DNA of 64,000 nt from the human T2T-CHM13v2.0 reference genome, Homo sapiens, in the NCBI RefSeq assembly GCF_009914755.1, contig NC_060934.1. The stretch is one strand, 5' to 3'. Position numbers and translations under genes: made by a program. The notes beneath the pieces are model-generated. The model did not search any database. It saw only the letters and a list, made by a program, of their open reading frames with translations, and had not been told where the DNA came from. The stretch's first letter is position 1. The number at the start of each line of letters is the position of its first letter. Positions 40,907 to 54,000 of the stretch are shown here, piece after piece.

Positions 40907-43120
40907 ATTTCTTTAACATTCTAAGCAGGCCAAACTGAACAAAGGTTCAGAAGCATTAATTACCTTATTTCTACTTTACCTTTTTATCTGGTAAGAATAG
41001 CAAATACAGTGCCTGTGAAGTGGGTAATTGATATCATTAATAACAACGTTTAGGCCAATAGAGCATCAGGAACAATTTTTGATACTGAATGGATTGCCTA
41101 GTCAGGTGAAAATAACTACTTGAAAATCCAATTTCCAGAATACTTAATCTATAAACAGCCTAAGCTAGAGGAGCCAGAGAATAAAATTAAGATTCCAGCA
41201 ATAAAGAAAACTAAGCTAAAATAGCAATCGTGTATCTCAACACTGAGGCGAGAGGAACCTGAGGGCAACTCTGCTGTAATCTGTCACCAAGAGGTAGAAG
41301 CCCACTATGAGATGTTGCCTTCTCTTTCTACTTCCACAGCAACTTCTTCCTCTGCGTATCCTCCTTCCTTTTCTTTCCTCAAGGACCCTGTTGCCACACT
41401 CAACCTTGCCAAACAGAGTTGGTGTGGATTTTGTTTTCAGACTGAAAAGTTTTGGAAATTATTCAAGCCTGCAATTACTAGGCCATGAGTGAAATAAATT
41501 ATGTATGTTTAATTTATTAAATGACAACTTTTCCCTGTCTTTTGTTCTATTTTTATCATTTTTCTCCTCATACATCAGTGTCCTCAGAATGAAATACTTT
41601 ATGAAATTGAAAGTTGGCTCATAACTAGAACTCTATATTTTTGACAATTCTTAGTTGAAAAATACTACTTTTACAGATCAATGTCCAATGACCTAGCTCA
41701 TAAGTGTTTTTTCCTAAAGCTGAAAAGAAAAATCAGTACTTATATCCCTTTGGATTTCTTAGTACAGGCACTGACAGCTGAGTTAGTGTAAAGCACGTGG
41801 TTATAAATTGCAAGTAGGCATTTACAGCCATCAAAATCTCACTGTTAATAACCCCATTGATCAACAACTAAGCCACCCTCTTATGGATACCAGGAGTAAA
41901 GCAACCAGACTACTGACCAGTGAAACGACAGAAAAATACCATCAGTAGGCCACATTGACTTGTTACTATGTAATCTGGTTTACCTTATATAAAAAAAAGA
42001 GATTTTCTCTTGTCTGAATATATGCATCCTGTATCCCTGTCCATGGAGTAACTGTCAAACTTCTTTACATTGAGTCTAATGGACTAAATTAGAACATTTG
42101 CTTTGTTTCTAAATTCCACATCTATTTTTTTTTACCAAGATATGTTTTCATCAACAAAATTATGTTCTTTCTTATGCTATGTGCTGTAAATAGGTCTATG
42201 TCCCCAAACACATACAGATTTAAATGAAAATCAATAGAACCACATATTTGTGCCTATTAAAAGCACAGCTTGTGTTGACTTAAATCACTTATCTATTGAT
42301 GGCAATTGTTGCACAAGACATAACTGAAAGGAGACACCTCACTATCAGAGAAAAGCAAAATATGTTATCTTTACCTGCAGGAAAATTACCTACTAAGCTC
42401 CTCATACTCAGGAGACCACAATTTCACCATAACATATATCTTAATCAAGACCTGGGAGTTATATCAAAGATCATCAAATGTACAGCTCCTATAAAACATC
42501 TTGATCACAAAAGTAGTAGACTAGAAAGAAATTCCATTTCAGAGAGTGAAAACCCTACTAGCTTCTGGCATGGAACTCACAGACATCATGTTGCTTTGGT
42601 TTCTATACTCTGGTGTTTAATAAAAATGTCCCCTTAATTCAGTGAACTTTACTAAGTATAAAAGAGATGTGGGGAAATAAGAAATGCCCTCAATACATCA
42701 TTTGTGATAAAGTACCATTCTTTAGTTATAGTTTCCTTGTCTATGAAACTTAAATATTGATCATAACTTTTAGGTTTCTCCTCTATGGGGCATTCCATTA
42801 ATACATAATTACACTGCAAATTCTAAGGACATTTTCTGTAAAATGACATGGCTGATGTTGTGGTTTAGTGTACTCCATTGAATTATTTTGCCTGAGTATT
42901 ATGGAAAAATTTATCTAAACTAGGTCTTTATTGCTTCTCACTTTTAACAATGCTCTGTTGGATATAATAGTCAGAAGAAAGAAATTGAATCATTAAGAAT
43001 AACTTTAATGTTGTATTTTTGACTTTGTTTAACCTTGGAGCAGATAATACTCTTTTAAAAATAGCAATAATAATGCTTCACAGTGAGTAACTACAGATCA
43101 TATTAAATAAGGTACTCAAG

Positions 43121-43541
43121 TGTCTTCGTCCATTTGTGTTGACAGTAAAGGAATAGCTGAGGCTGGATAATTTACAAAGAAAAGAAGATTATTTGGTTCA
43201 CAATTCTGCAGACTGTACAAGAAGCATGGTATGAACATTTGCTTCTGGTAAGAGCCTCAGGCTGCTTCCACTCATGGCAGAAGGGGATGGGGATCCATCA
43301 TATGCAGAAATGACATGATGACAGAGAAAGCAAGAGCAGAGGGGAGGTGCCAGGATCTTTTAAATAAACTCTTTAGGGAACTAATAAAGTGAGAAATCGC
43401 CCATTACTGTGAGGACAACAGCAAGCCATTCATGAGGGATCCACCCCCATGACTCAAATACCTCCCATTAGGCCCCACCTCCAACATTGAGGATCAAATA
43501 TCAGCATGAGTTTTAGGGGGACAAAGATCCAAACTACAGCA
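43121..43541 (-). mobile_element. MSTB solo LTR
   Basis: TGT...GCA ends, CTGTACAAGAAGCATGG, CCATTCATGAGGGATCCACCCCCATGAC; TSD TCAAG/CCAAG. Confidence 0.9.
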
Positions 43542-44019
43542 CCAAGTTTATGCCAAAGATGTGTTAAAATTAAACACTTCTCACTAATTTAGCTCAATTT
43601 TTACACTTTTGGGTTCACACTGAATAATAAATTGTACTCAGTTCTATGTGAGGGTGAAGAAATTCTCCCTTTGCATTGATTGCCTGTAATAAACAAGAAA
43701 ACCTCATGTCTTTTGTTTGGTTAAACATACATAATCCTCAAAGATGATCTGTAATGTGGCTCAGTTTTTGACATGAGGATCTAAAACTTTTTCTGCATAA
43801 GTGTTTAAAAGATTACAATTTGAAGGTGTCTTCTAAATATTATCTCCTTTAACCATTGTTACCTTTGTCAGTGGAGTGCATGTTTACTTGGTTGAGAAGA
43901 ATAAACAATAGTTTACCTATTTTCATGTTTTCTTTCTTTTCATATAGCAAAATAGGTATATTTGTGGGCTGTGAAAGGTCTAGAACTGTGATGTATTATT
44001 TAAAAACATAAATTTTCAT

Positions 44020-44205
44020 TCAAACTGAGTATGTGAGGATCCTGGCCCCATCCACCTTTTGGCAACCCCTCTGAATTTCAGTAATTTATAAAATGGGGCC
44101 CATAATAGTACATTCTATCTAGGGCTTACTTTTATGATTGAAGGCATTAATGTTGATAAAAAACTTAATATCTGACACAAAATAAATTTTTCTGATAGCT
44201 ATTAC
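44020..44205 (+). mobile_element. MIR
   Basis: CCCCTCTGAATTTCAGT...TATAAAATGGGG...ATAATAGTAC. Confidence 0.6.
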
Positions 44206-44475
44206 ATATGGCAATGCAATAGAAGTTTGAAACAAACCATGAAAGACATATATTTGTGTTTGTCATTGATTAATTGAAACAATAAAAAACTCAATTTAAA
44301 ATAATTAAATGACAACAGATATGTAAACTGGTCTTTTATAAATCTGTTATTTTGTTTCTCTTCTATTGGACAACGTGCTATTCTGAGTGAACCCAAGTTA
44401 ATAGGCAGAATTGCATTTCTAATGTTTTTTGACAAAAATGTTCTTGTAATTTAGGCTTTAAGGAAAGGAGGAATT

Positions 44476-44770
44476 TGTAATCCCAGCACTTTGGGAGGCT
44501 GAGGCGGGTAGATCACGAGGTCAGGAGATGGAGACCATCCTGGCTAACATGGTGAAACCACGTCTCTACTAAAAATACAAAAAATTAGCCAGGCGTGGTT
44601 GCGGGCGCCTGTAGTCCCAGCTCTGCCGGAGGCTGAGTCAGGAGAATGGCCTCCAGGAGAATGGCAGGCGGGAACTTGGGAGGCGAGACTTGCAGTGAGC
44701 CAAGATGACGCCACTGCACTCCAGCCTGGGTGACAGAGCGAGACTCCAGCTCGAGAAAAACAAAAAAAAA
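44476..44770 (+). mobile_element. AluY, slightly 5'-truncated, with internal duplication
   Basis: GAGACCATCCTGGCTAAC, GGAGAATGGC; TSD AAAGGA(G/A)GAATTT. Confidence 0.92.
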
Positions 44771-45639
44771 GGAAGAATTTATGTTCTTTTAAAAAAAACA
44801 TATTTATGGAATTTTTACCTGAAAATCTGATGGTTGTGAGGTGAACTGAATTATCTACTAAACTCTTAGAGCAGGCCATCACTGACAGGCCTGGCAGCAT
44901 GACAGAATGACAAAAGACTCGGAGCTATGAGAACATCAGGAGGCATGGACAGTGATAGACTAACTCGAAGCACTGTCAACAGTGGCCTCTATGAGGCTCT
45001 CTCAAGCAGCTTGCCACATAGAGGGATGTGACAAGGATTAGATGAAGCGAGGGGAGAATAAAAGAGACGAAAGACACTGACTAATAACTACCCCAACACC
45101 CACACACAGTTTGTGAGCAATATGAATGCCTTGGGAACTGCCTCAAATCACTGGAGACTCTAGAAAGAAAACTCCTGCAGAAGGGTTGGCTGTTCCTAAA
45201 ATCTTGTTTGAATTCACAGACCTAACACATCTGCCTACATCTTTGCAAAGGATATCAGAAATGTGAAAGAAAAATTTTACAGTCTGGCAGAGGCAAATGG
45301 CAAATTCTCTTGCTGATGCTATGAATTACAATTTTGTTGGCTACTGAATTTTCAGGAATAAAGAATATTTGTTTTGTCCATTGATAATTTAAAGTCATGT
45401 CTTAGCAAATTTTTTATAAATTCCTTGAACTCAGCAAATGATACTTATGCTTTATTAATGTGCATTATTAATCCATATTTTAAAAATTATAAAATGTCAT
45501 AAAACATAAGCCACTCATTCACAGATGAATTTAAAAAAATGATTTTAAAATAATTTTAAATGCTCTCATATTATTAATATTTCTGTGCAATTTGATTTTA
45601 CTTTAGGGTTACAGATACCTTCTGAAAAAAGAGGTATAA

Positions 45640-45885
45640 ATTTAATATTCCTTTTTAGTAACTACATAGTATTTCATAGTGTTGTTACCTTAAAGGATTA
45701 AATTGAGCATTTCCCAATTTGTGGATATTTTGGCTCTTCCTAATATTTTAGTCACAGTGAGCATTGGCAAAATAACTATTCTGGTGTTATGTTTTTATGA
45801 ACTAGAACTTTCCTCTATTCCTTTCCCAGAAAAAGAATTGCGGATCAAAGAATAGATGAATGTTAAATATTAATAAATTTTCCTT
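45640..45885 (-). mobile_element. L1ME fragment
   Basis: ATTCCTTTTTAGTAACTACATAGTATTTCAT...GAATTGCGGATCAAAG. Confidence 0.55.
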
Positions 45886-47205
45886 CCTTTGAGGCTTTTT
45901 GACATTTATTGATTTGTAGGAGTTGTTTATTTACTATGGATATTTTATCTTTTGGGATTCTTAGTTACAAGACACACAAGTTGAGTCAGGCTGAGTTTTA
46001 AAAAATATTATAGAATACTGGATTTCTCAACAGATACTTGGGAGTGCTAAGCAGTGAGGGAAAAATTGCTCCAAATCATTTCACAGAATTATAACTGGTA
46101 GGAAACTACTGGAAAAAAAAAAGGTAACCTTGTATATGACGTAACTAGCTTTGTAGTTGAAGTTTGAAATTTGGTTTGCGTATATCCAACTGAAAAGCTT
46201 ACATTCCGTGCTTTGGTCACTGTTACAAGAGATGCTGAAAAACAAGTGAAGAACAATTTCCAGTTCTGACAGTTCCTAAAATGGGAGCACAGCATGTAGA
46301 TAGGTGGGAAAGAACTTTCCAGGCAGGAACAACCAGCACTGAATGACCTTGAAGAGACGGCATGCCTGGCATGTTTGTGATACAGCAAGCTGGAATCGGC
46401 AATGGGGAGGGTAACCAGAGGACCAGGAATGGTATAAAGATCGGTGAAAACAGGACTTAGTAGAACCTGGAAAGTAATTTGAATTTTTTCTTTGTGAGGT
46501 ATAGAAACACTGGATCACTTTGAGCAAAGAAATGAAACTCACTCCATTACAAAATGTTTATTCTGACTCTTGTGTTGAAAATAGAGTAAAGGTGACAAGA
46601 CAGAAGGCAGAGAAACTGGCAGATGAGTCAGAAGATTGGTGAAGCAAGTGAGAGATACAGCGTGGACCAGAGTAGCACCTGTGGACTTGGTTATAAGTTG
46701 GGGGACTGGAGTTATGATTGGAAGGTAGAGCCAATGTTATTCCTAATAAATTAAATGTGTGTGTGAGGGAAGAAATATGAGTTAAAAATAACTTCAAAGT
46801 TTCTGCTGAGCTAATGGAAAGTTACAGTTGCCATCATGGGGATAGGTGGATCAGGTTTAGGTGTAAATAAGTAGGAAGAAGCTAGGAATTCAGGTTCTGG
46901 GACTTTTTAAAATTTCGACATGTATCTTGAATATTTAAGTGGAATACAAATAGGAGTTGGAAAGTCAGGAAAGTGTTCTGAGATGGAGATATAAATATGT
47001 GAGTTACTGGCTTTTCAAGAGTGTTTAGAGCATGGTAACGAGTGAGGTCATCAAAAGCAGTAGCATGAATACACAAGAGATGTCTAAGGCCTGACACCTG
47101 GAATACACCAATGTAAAGAGCTTGGGGAGAAGCAGAGAAACTAACAAAGGAGATTGAGATGGTGTTGCAAATAAAACAGAAGAAAAATCAAAAGCCATGT
47201 GATAC

Positions 47206-47356
47206 CCAGCTCTAGGAAGCACAAATGGCAATTTTGTGCAAATCAAAAATGTGTCCTTTCCTCATGGCACAGTACTGCCATCTGCTGGAATATGTTTCCA
47301 AAAACTGTATTAAGATTATAATGCCCCCAAGGTAAATGTCCTTCAGTGCTTAGCTG
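47206..47356. mobile_element. About 150-bp insertion in L2, tentatively a MER91-like hAT MITE
   Basis: Interrupts L2 colinearity; short inverted ends CAGCT...AGCTG; TTGTGCAAATCAAAAA motif. Confidence 0.4.
47275..47288 (-). promoter_or_regulatory. CTCF core motif CCAGCAGATGGCAG
   Basis: Exact fit to CCASYAGRKGGCRS on the minus strand. Confidence 0.6.
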
Positions 47357-47630
47357 TAAGCAGTAGAGAAAGTGTATCAAGGGGGAGGAAGTATATCAAA
47401 TGTTTCTGATCTGTTTAAGGCTTATGAGTATTGAAAAACGATTAATGGATTTAGCAACATTAAGTATGTGGTGACCTTGACAAATGCCAGTTTGAAGTCA
47501 TGAAAATGAAAGTTTAGTTACTGTTGAGTTTAAAAAAAACTGTACACATTATTATTTTCATTTTCTTTTAAACCCACAGTAACTGAACTTCCATTTTCAT
47601 GACTTCAAAATGACGTTTGTTACGGACACC

Positions 47631-47722
47631 AAATCTGTACAAGAAACCCCCATGACACAAGTTTACCTATATAACAAACTGCACGTGTCCCTGAACTTAA
47701 AATAAAAGTTAAAAAAAAGAAA
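47631..47722 (+). mobile_element. L1PA13-16-like extreme 3' fragment with A tail
   Basis: AATCTGTACAAGAAACCCCCATGACACAAGTTTACCTATATAACAAAC...AATAAAAGTTAAAAAAAA. Confidence 0.85.
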
Positions 47723-48595
47723 TAACCATAGATAGTGACAATGGACCATTCTATCAAGGAATTTTGTTGGAAGAAGAGGCAGAGAAATAGGTTAGTCTGT
47801 AGTTGACATGGAAGTTGCTTCAAGGGAGTAGAGTGGAAAAATTGGTCATGAAGGAGAAATAAGGAAAAATTAAGACCACAGCACTCCGTAGTAGACGAGA
47901 GAGAATAAGATCTATGGCACTAATGAAGGAATTGTCTGTAGAGACAGGGAAATATATAGTTCGTGCATAGGAGGTGGTGAAAAACAGAGGCTCTAGAAGG
48001 AGGGTACATATGGTAATTAGAGTCTGTAGACACTTTCTTCTTTTCACAGTATAGTAAGAAGCAAGGTCAGCAAAAGCAAGTGAGGATGAAAAAGGAGATT
48101 TGAGAGCTCTCTGGCTAGCATCTTCTCACTTTTACTATTGCTATGGGAACTAGGAGAATCTCAAAAGTATTTACATACTTCTTGAAGACACATTTTTCCT
48201 GATGAATATTTAATAGCACCAGCCTAAACAAATATTATTTAGTTGAACATGCTTGTTTTTAGTCATCTTCTTTCCTCACAGTGTTATCTGTTCTACTCAT
48301 GTATTGATGAGTGACCATTTCATCTGAATATTACCCAACAAGTTTGCATCCTTCTCTGCCCTTGGACATTGGCATGTGTTCCTAACCTTGTTTCCTTCTC
48401 CATCAATGATACACATTATTATTTAATTTCCAAACTCTGTCAAATAAATGTGTGACAATATATTCATGTGATAAAAATAATCACTGATAATTTGCAATAC
48501 ATTTGTAGAAGTATGACTTGTACCTCATTTGTGTGCTGACATCTAGTGCAGATCTCAGAGTCAGGCCAACTCTCCATTGTCCTCACAATCCTACT

Positions 48596-49003
48596 TGTCT
48601 TAGTCTGTTTTCTGACAGACTATTTTGGATTGGGTAACCTATATTGAAAATACATTTATTTCTAACAGTTATGGGGGCTGAGCATTCCAAGGTTAAGCGC
48701 TGCATCTTGTGAGTGCCTTCTTGCTGATGAGAACTCTGTACAGACTTCTGAGCCAGCACAGGGCATCACGTGGTGAGAATGGCGCATATGATAACATGCT
48801 GTGCTCAAGTCTATCTCCCTCTTCTGGTAAAAACACCAGTTTCATTCCCATGATAACCAATTAATTAATTATTTAAATACACGAAACTATGAATGGGCTA
48901 ATCCTTTCATGAGGGCGGAGCCCTCTTAAAGGCCTCATGTCTCAATACTGGCACATTAGGGATTAAGTTTCAAAGTGAGTTTTGGAGGGGAGCAACCATA
49001 GCA
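48596..49003 (-). mobile_element. MSTB1-like solo LTR
   Basis: TGTCTTAGTCTGTTT...CACAGGGCATCAC...CCCATGATAACC...TCATGAGGGCGGAGCCCTC...AACCATAGCA. Confidence 0.85.
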
Positions 49004-49469
49004 CTTCACTTCCCCATTTTCTGACCAAGGCCTTCAGACTACAGAGTAGCTATTTAATTCTATGTTTTTGACATTGTCCCATGCCTGCCTCACTTTTAGT
49101 CCAAGAGGTATAGTTTTCATGGTTTCAAACAATGCTAACAGTCCCAACTGTCTTTTCTTTATAAGATCAATATGGAAAATTTGATGAAATAAATGAAAAA
49201 AACTGTATATATACTAAACTTCTATGAGCTAGTTAATACAGAATTTCTTGTGTCCATTGTTGATAGGGATGACTTAAATTTCAGTTGAGTTCCTACCTAA
49301 TTTCAACTTTTATTCTTGAATGGGGATTTCCCCATTTTGATTACTGTTATATTCAAGAAACCAATCACAAGAAATATTTAAGGATAATAATGGCTATTTT
49401 CTTGCCCAAAGTGGATATTTTGCATCTCCAAGTTTCCAAATTATTGCTCTTACCAACTTGTTGCCTGTA

Positions 49470-49915
49470 ATCATATTATTCATATTGATAATGAGAATCT
49501 TTATCTCATTCCCTGCCTTTAAAGATAACTTTTATTATAAATTTTATTACTGTTTACAGGATAGGATGTTACTTTAATTCTTAGTTTTCAATGAGTTTTT
49601 ATTAAAACCAAGTATTGAACTTTTGCTTATCTATTACATTAGCCATATATTTTTCTACTTTAGTTAACTACTTTGGTGCATTGAAAAAATAGATTTTATA
49701 ATGCATAGCCATCTTTACAGTCCTGAAATAAACTGATAATTATGTCATAATTTTATTAATATACCCTGGGTTTGGGCTAACCACTGATTCATTTAGTAGC
49801 ATTAACATTTTCCTCTGCCTCACTTTTAGTTCAAGATAAAATTGGCCTATGGTATTATGTTTCTACTTTCTTTGTTCAATAATGTTACAAATGTTACCCT
49901 AACCTCATAAAACAT
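49470..49915 (-). mobile_element. Ancient L1 (L1ME/M5) ORF2 fragment
   Basis: CCATCTTTACAGTCCTGAAATAAAC, ATTGGCCTATGGT, GTTACCCTAACCTCATAAAA. Confidence 0.55.
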
Positions 49916-52201
49916 ATAAACAGAAATTTTAGTATCATCAAGTGGTGAGAGAATTTTTGTTTTCTATTTCCTCTTACACATTCTTTCCAAGATATCTGGT
50001 TTCTCTGCAAGGCTAGTTTAGAATGTTACACTTCTTACACAATTCTAGCTCTATATAGGCCATAATTACATAAATAACAGAGGATGAAAATCACTTCAAA
50101 GGATGAAACATAGAAATTGATGTAGTGAAGCTTTAGGCTGTCCAGGATAATATTTTCTAATTAAAATGTTGCAAATCTGGCCAACTGAATTATGTTCACT
50201 TTGAACACTTATAATAAGGGCTTACTTTTGGTTTGAGTAAATACAAATAAATCGCTTAAGAAAATATGGCATTATTCCCCCTCAGGGTGCATTCAAACTG
50301 GAATAAAAAATTATTACAAGAAGAAGATGAAGTCACCAAAAGAGCTGAGAATTGTTAAAATAAAGAATGTCAGGCAGAATACTCATAAGGCTGAACTGGT
50401 AACATAATTAGGTACTTGCTAAAAACTTACCAAGGTACAACCTGGGCAATAACACCTTCTAGAATGGCAACCAGACTATACAGAGTGTTAAAAAGAAGAA
50501 TCTTGGTAAAAATGATACTAGCAATTAAAAATGAGAAAACTAAGGATAAACATGAAGGGTTCTGGAAACAATTCAGGAAGAGATATTTGAAAGGCATGTG
50601 CTATGATAAAGTTTAAGTGACATAAAATTAATAGCAATATCAGGAAGCAAAAAAAAATAGCAGAAATGGAAAGATACAGAGCGAAAGGGGACACTCACTT
50701 GAATCACAAGATTATATGTTTGAGTTCAGTACACTGAAATATTTCATTTTTCAATATGAAAGACATGTAATATAGTGACCTCTAGGCACTCATTTCAATA
50801 TGCAAGAGCCATTAAAAAGGCACTTCAAGGTGTTAGCAGGATCTACTCCATTATAACCATAGATTGCAGGTTTGCCTTCACTCTGAAAAGAGTTTCCTTT
50901 GCAGTTTTATGTGAGAAAAATACAATATCAAAATGAGTATATTACGATACAGAATCTCCCTATTAACCAAATGCAATGACCCAAATATGACCCCACAAGA
51001 AGTGAATCTGGTGCATATAACTAATGAGGAGGGTGAAATTGTTCATTCTGTAAAACTGATGGTCAGTCACTGAAGAGAAGAATTTGGGACTGCACTTCAG
51101 GAAAAAGAACCAAAACAGTAACACAATTCTGCTTCTACATAATTGTGCGGACCCTCATGAATCACTTGTGGAGAAAACAAAACAAAACCTCTTCTCAGAA
51201 TTCTGTCCACTAATTTCTAAGGGAAAAAAAAAATGTGGTAGATAGAAAACATGATACTGCTAGAGCACAGACATGCAGATAACAAATGACAAATCTTTCT
51301 CTAAATTAAGATTTTTAAACACTCATTTTGCTATTTGAATACAGGAAGATGACTCCTGTTTTCTCATTTGATATATTTAATGGAGAGTTCACAGATAACA
51401 ATTATTTCCTTGGCTTAAGGTCAATGTATTAAGGTCATGGTAGAACTGGAAAATAAAGAGAAAAATGCTGAAAGTTTTCATCTTTAGTGTATTTATTATC
51501 TATTTAAAAAAGTATTTTAAAGACACTGTTTTTACACCGTTATAATGAATTCAAACTACGTCTCATGATCTTTTGGAAAACTGAAATAATCTCAAATTAT
51601 TTCCTGAGTACAAAATGTCAATGTAATGGGAGTTTAAAATGTGATGACCCAATTATTTCAATTAAATTATACAATATTTATTAGACTATAAGTTGCAAAC
51701 TGCTATCACATAACTTTATGAATTGCAGAAGATAGAAGAGGACGAAATAATACATAGGAGCATAAAATTATCTCATCATTCTCTCTTTGATAGAAACAGA
51801 CAGTATATGCTCATTATAATATTCGATGACTTAGCTGCCATAATTGGTTCTATCTTTTCATAATACTGTTTATCCTATTATAAACCTAAATTCCATTTGA
51901 TCAATTGTTGGTCTCAGAGTGAAGGAATCAGTCTTGCATGTATTAATCGAAGCTTATGGTATGAAGTACAGCCCAAGATAAATTTTACAAGAAATATGAC
52001 TATAAGTAAAATAGATTCTGACACTTCTATACAACACATTAACACATCTTTGTCATAAGCATGATTCTAGACAATACTACTTTAGAACTTTAGTTCTCTG
52101 TGTTTGAAGGTTGGGAGATTTTTTTTTAATTTTTTACAAGAAAATCTAGTCATATCAAAAATCTGCCATAAGAGAAAGATTTTAAGTTTTAAAGAAGTCA
52201 G

Positions 52202-52263
52202 AACTATAGTTAATAATACTGTATCATTTACTTGAAATTTGCTAAGAGGGTAGCCTTAAGTGT
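52202..52263 (+). mobile_element. L1MA 3'UTR fragment
   Basis: ACTATAGTTAATAATACTGTAT...TACTTGAAATTTGCTAAGAGGGTAG. Confidence 0.75.
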
Positions 52264-53234
52264 AACACTATGTTATACTTATGTACAAGTGAGTCTTAAA
52301 ACTCATGATTTTACTTGTAGTAACTTTGATTTGCTCTCTTTACAACCAAGCTTCTTGAAAGTAATTTTGACTCCCAGTTTTCAATTCCTCATTTAATATT
52401 ATTTTAAGTCATAACACATTGCTTCATTTAAAACTCTCCTATTCATAGTCCTAATTGTTCTTGTCTCTACCAGGCACTTGACATTTATCCAACCATTCAG
52501 TTATTAAACAAATATTTATTCAGTGCTTACCTTCTGCCTATTGCTGGGATCTGTCCTGGAAATCCAACAGTGGATGCTTCTATTTTTCTGTCTACCTCCA
52601 TAAATAGCTCTGCTTCCGTTGGTCTCCAGCAATGCTGTCCAATCTCAACCAGTTAGTTATACAAAATTATTGTAAAACTCATGTGCCAGCATTATAATCT
52701 TTTCACCACAAAAGCAGAGCTTATTGACAATAAGAGTAAAATGTTTCAGTTCAGAGGCAAGAATTATACAAGTGAACATTTTGAAGTAATGACAATGTGT
52801 GACTATAACAAAATGTAGAGACTTGTAAAGGAAACTACATGATGCCTAGTTGCTGAAACACCATTCATAGTGGAGAAATCAAAGTCACGCCATGTGTGTT
52901 TTACAAATCATTAACACACTCAGAATAAATGCTTGAAAATATGAATAGCTTAGAGAGGAAAGAGCTTTTCTGTCCTACTACTTACCTATCTGATAACTAG
53001 TGAGAAAATGGCTACTTCAACCTGTATACACATTCAGTGTAACATTTCTAAAACCTATACTTTCTCTAATATTACCAAGCCATGTCAGATGAAAATACAT
53101 GTAATTTTTGTAGCTATTGTTTTGTGCTAACTTTACTGAATTTGTTCAATCAACCAACAGTATTACATTATTTATTAATGCCCTTGTCTCAGAGCCAATT
53201 AATCATAAACATTCCCACAGTTTGAACTGTCTAA

Positions 53235-53880
53235 CAATGGAATGGATTCTCATGTGTTTTCTGCACACTTGCTCCCCAGTGACATTCCATGAGAAGATCC
53301 AGAAGAGACTCCCTTCACTAAGGCATTAAGAAACATATGGGTGAGGGGAGATTTTCCATCACTGAAAGTACTCTGTTTGCTCACTTCTGTGGGCCAGATA
53401 TGAACCATAAAGGAGGCCACAATTGAGAAGTGCTCACAGATTTCAGTAGGAATGATGTGATTCCAGAAAATCAGATACAACATTATAGACCTTAACCACC
53501 AAACAAAATGTGGGTATATCTACAATCAAGGCTGGTAGAGTTGTACAGGTCATCAGAGTGCTTTGGGCCAAGAAAACTCTGGCAGTGGCTAAATGATTTT
53601 GACATCCTTAGAACAAAATACAGACCCTTTTAGAATATTGCTTAATTCATATAACAAGAAATTCTTCAGGTCTGGAGCCAAAAGCTTGACTCCAGTCACC
53701 ACTGTGGAGATATAGCCTTTCACCCAGTTTCTATGTTAATTTTCTTACTCAGAGCCCTTTGATTGAATAGGGTGCCTGGAGGACTCTGCACTATTGACGC
53801 ACCACTCACAGTAAATCTTTCCCCATGCCTTCCCCGAAGAGACTTATGGCCTTTTTTATAGCATATCCACTCTGTGAAGC
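53235..53880 (+). mobile_element. ERVL-class internal fragment (gag 3' region up to protease start)
   Basis: ACTCCCTTCACTAAGGCATTAAGAAA, TGGCAGTGGCTAA, CAGTAAATCTTTCCCCATGCCTTCCCCGAAGAGACTTATGGCCTTTT. Confidence 0.75.
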
Positions 53881-54000
53881 AATTCACCGTGAATAGCTTT
53901 TCCTGGCACCTGAGGAGTTCACCTAGACATATACTCATCTTCATGGATTTCAGAGTCTGGCACTACTGGTCACATCCTTCTTTCCAGAATGCTTTCCCAT

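Larger units (their letters stand above)
46275..48110 (-). mobile_element. L2 (L2a-like) long fragment with nested insertions
   Basis: TTCCAGGCAGGAACAACCAGCAC, GGAATTCAGGTTCTGGGAC, TGGATTTAGCAACAT...GTGACCTTGACAA. Confidence 0.8.
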
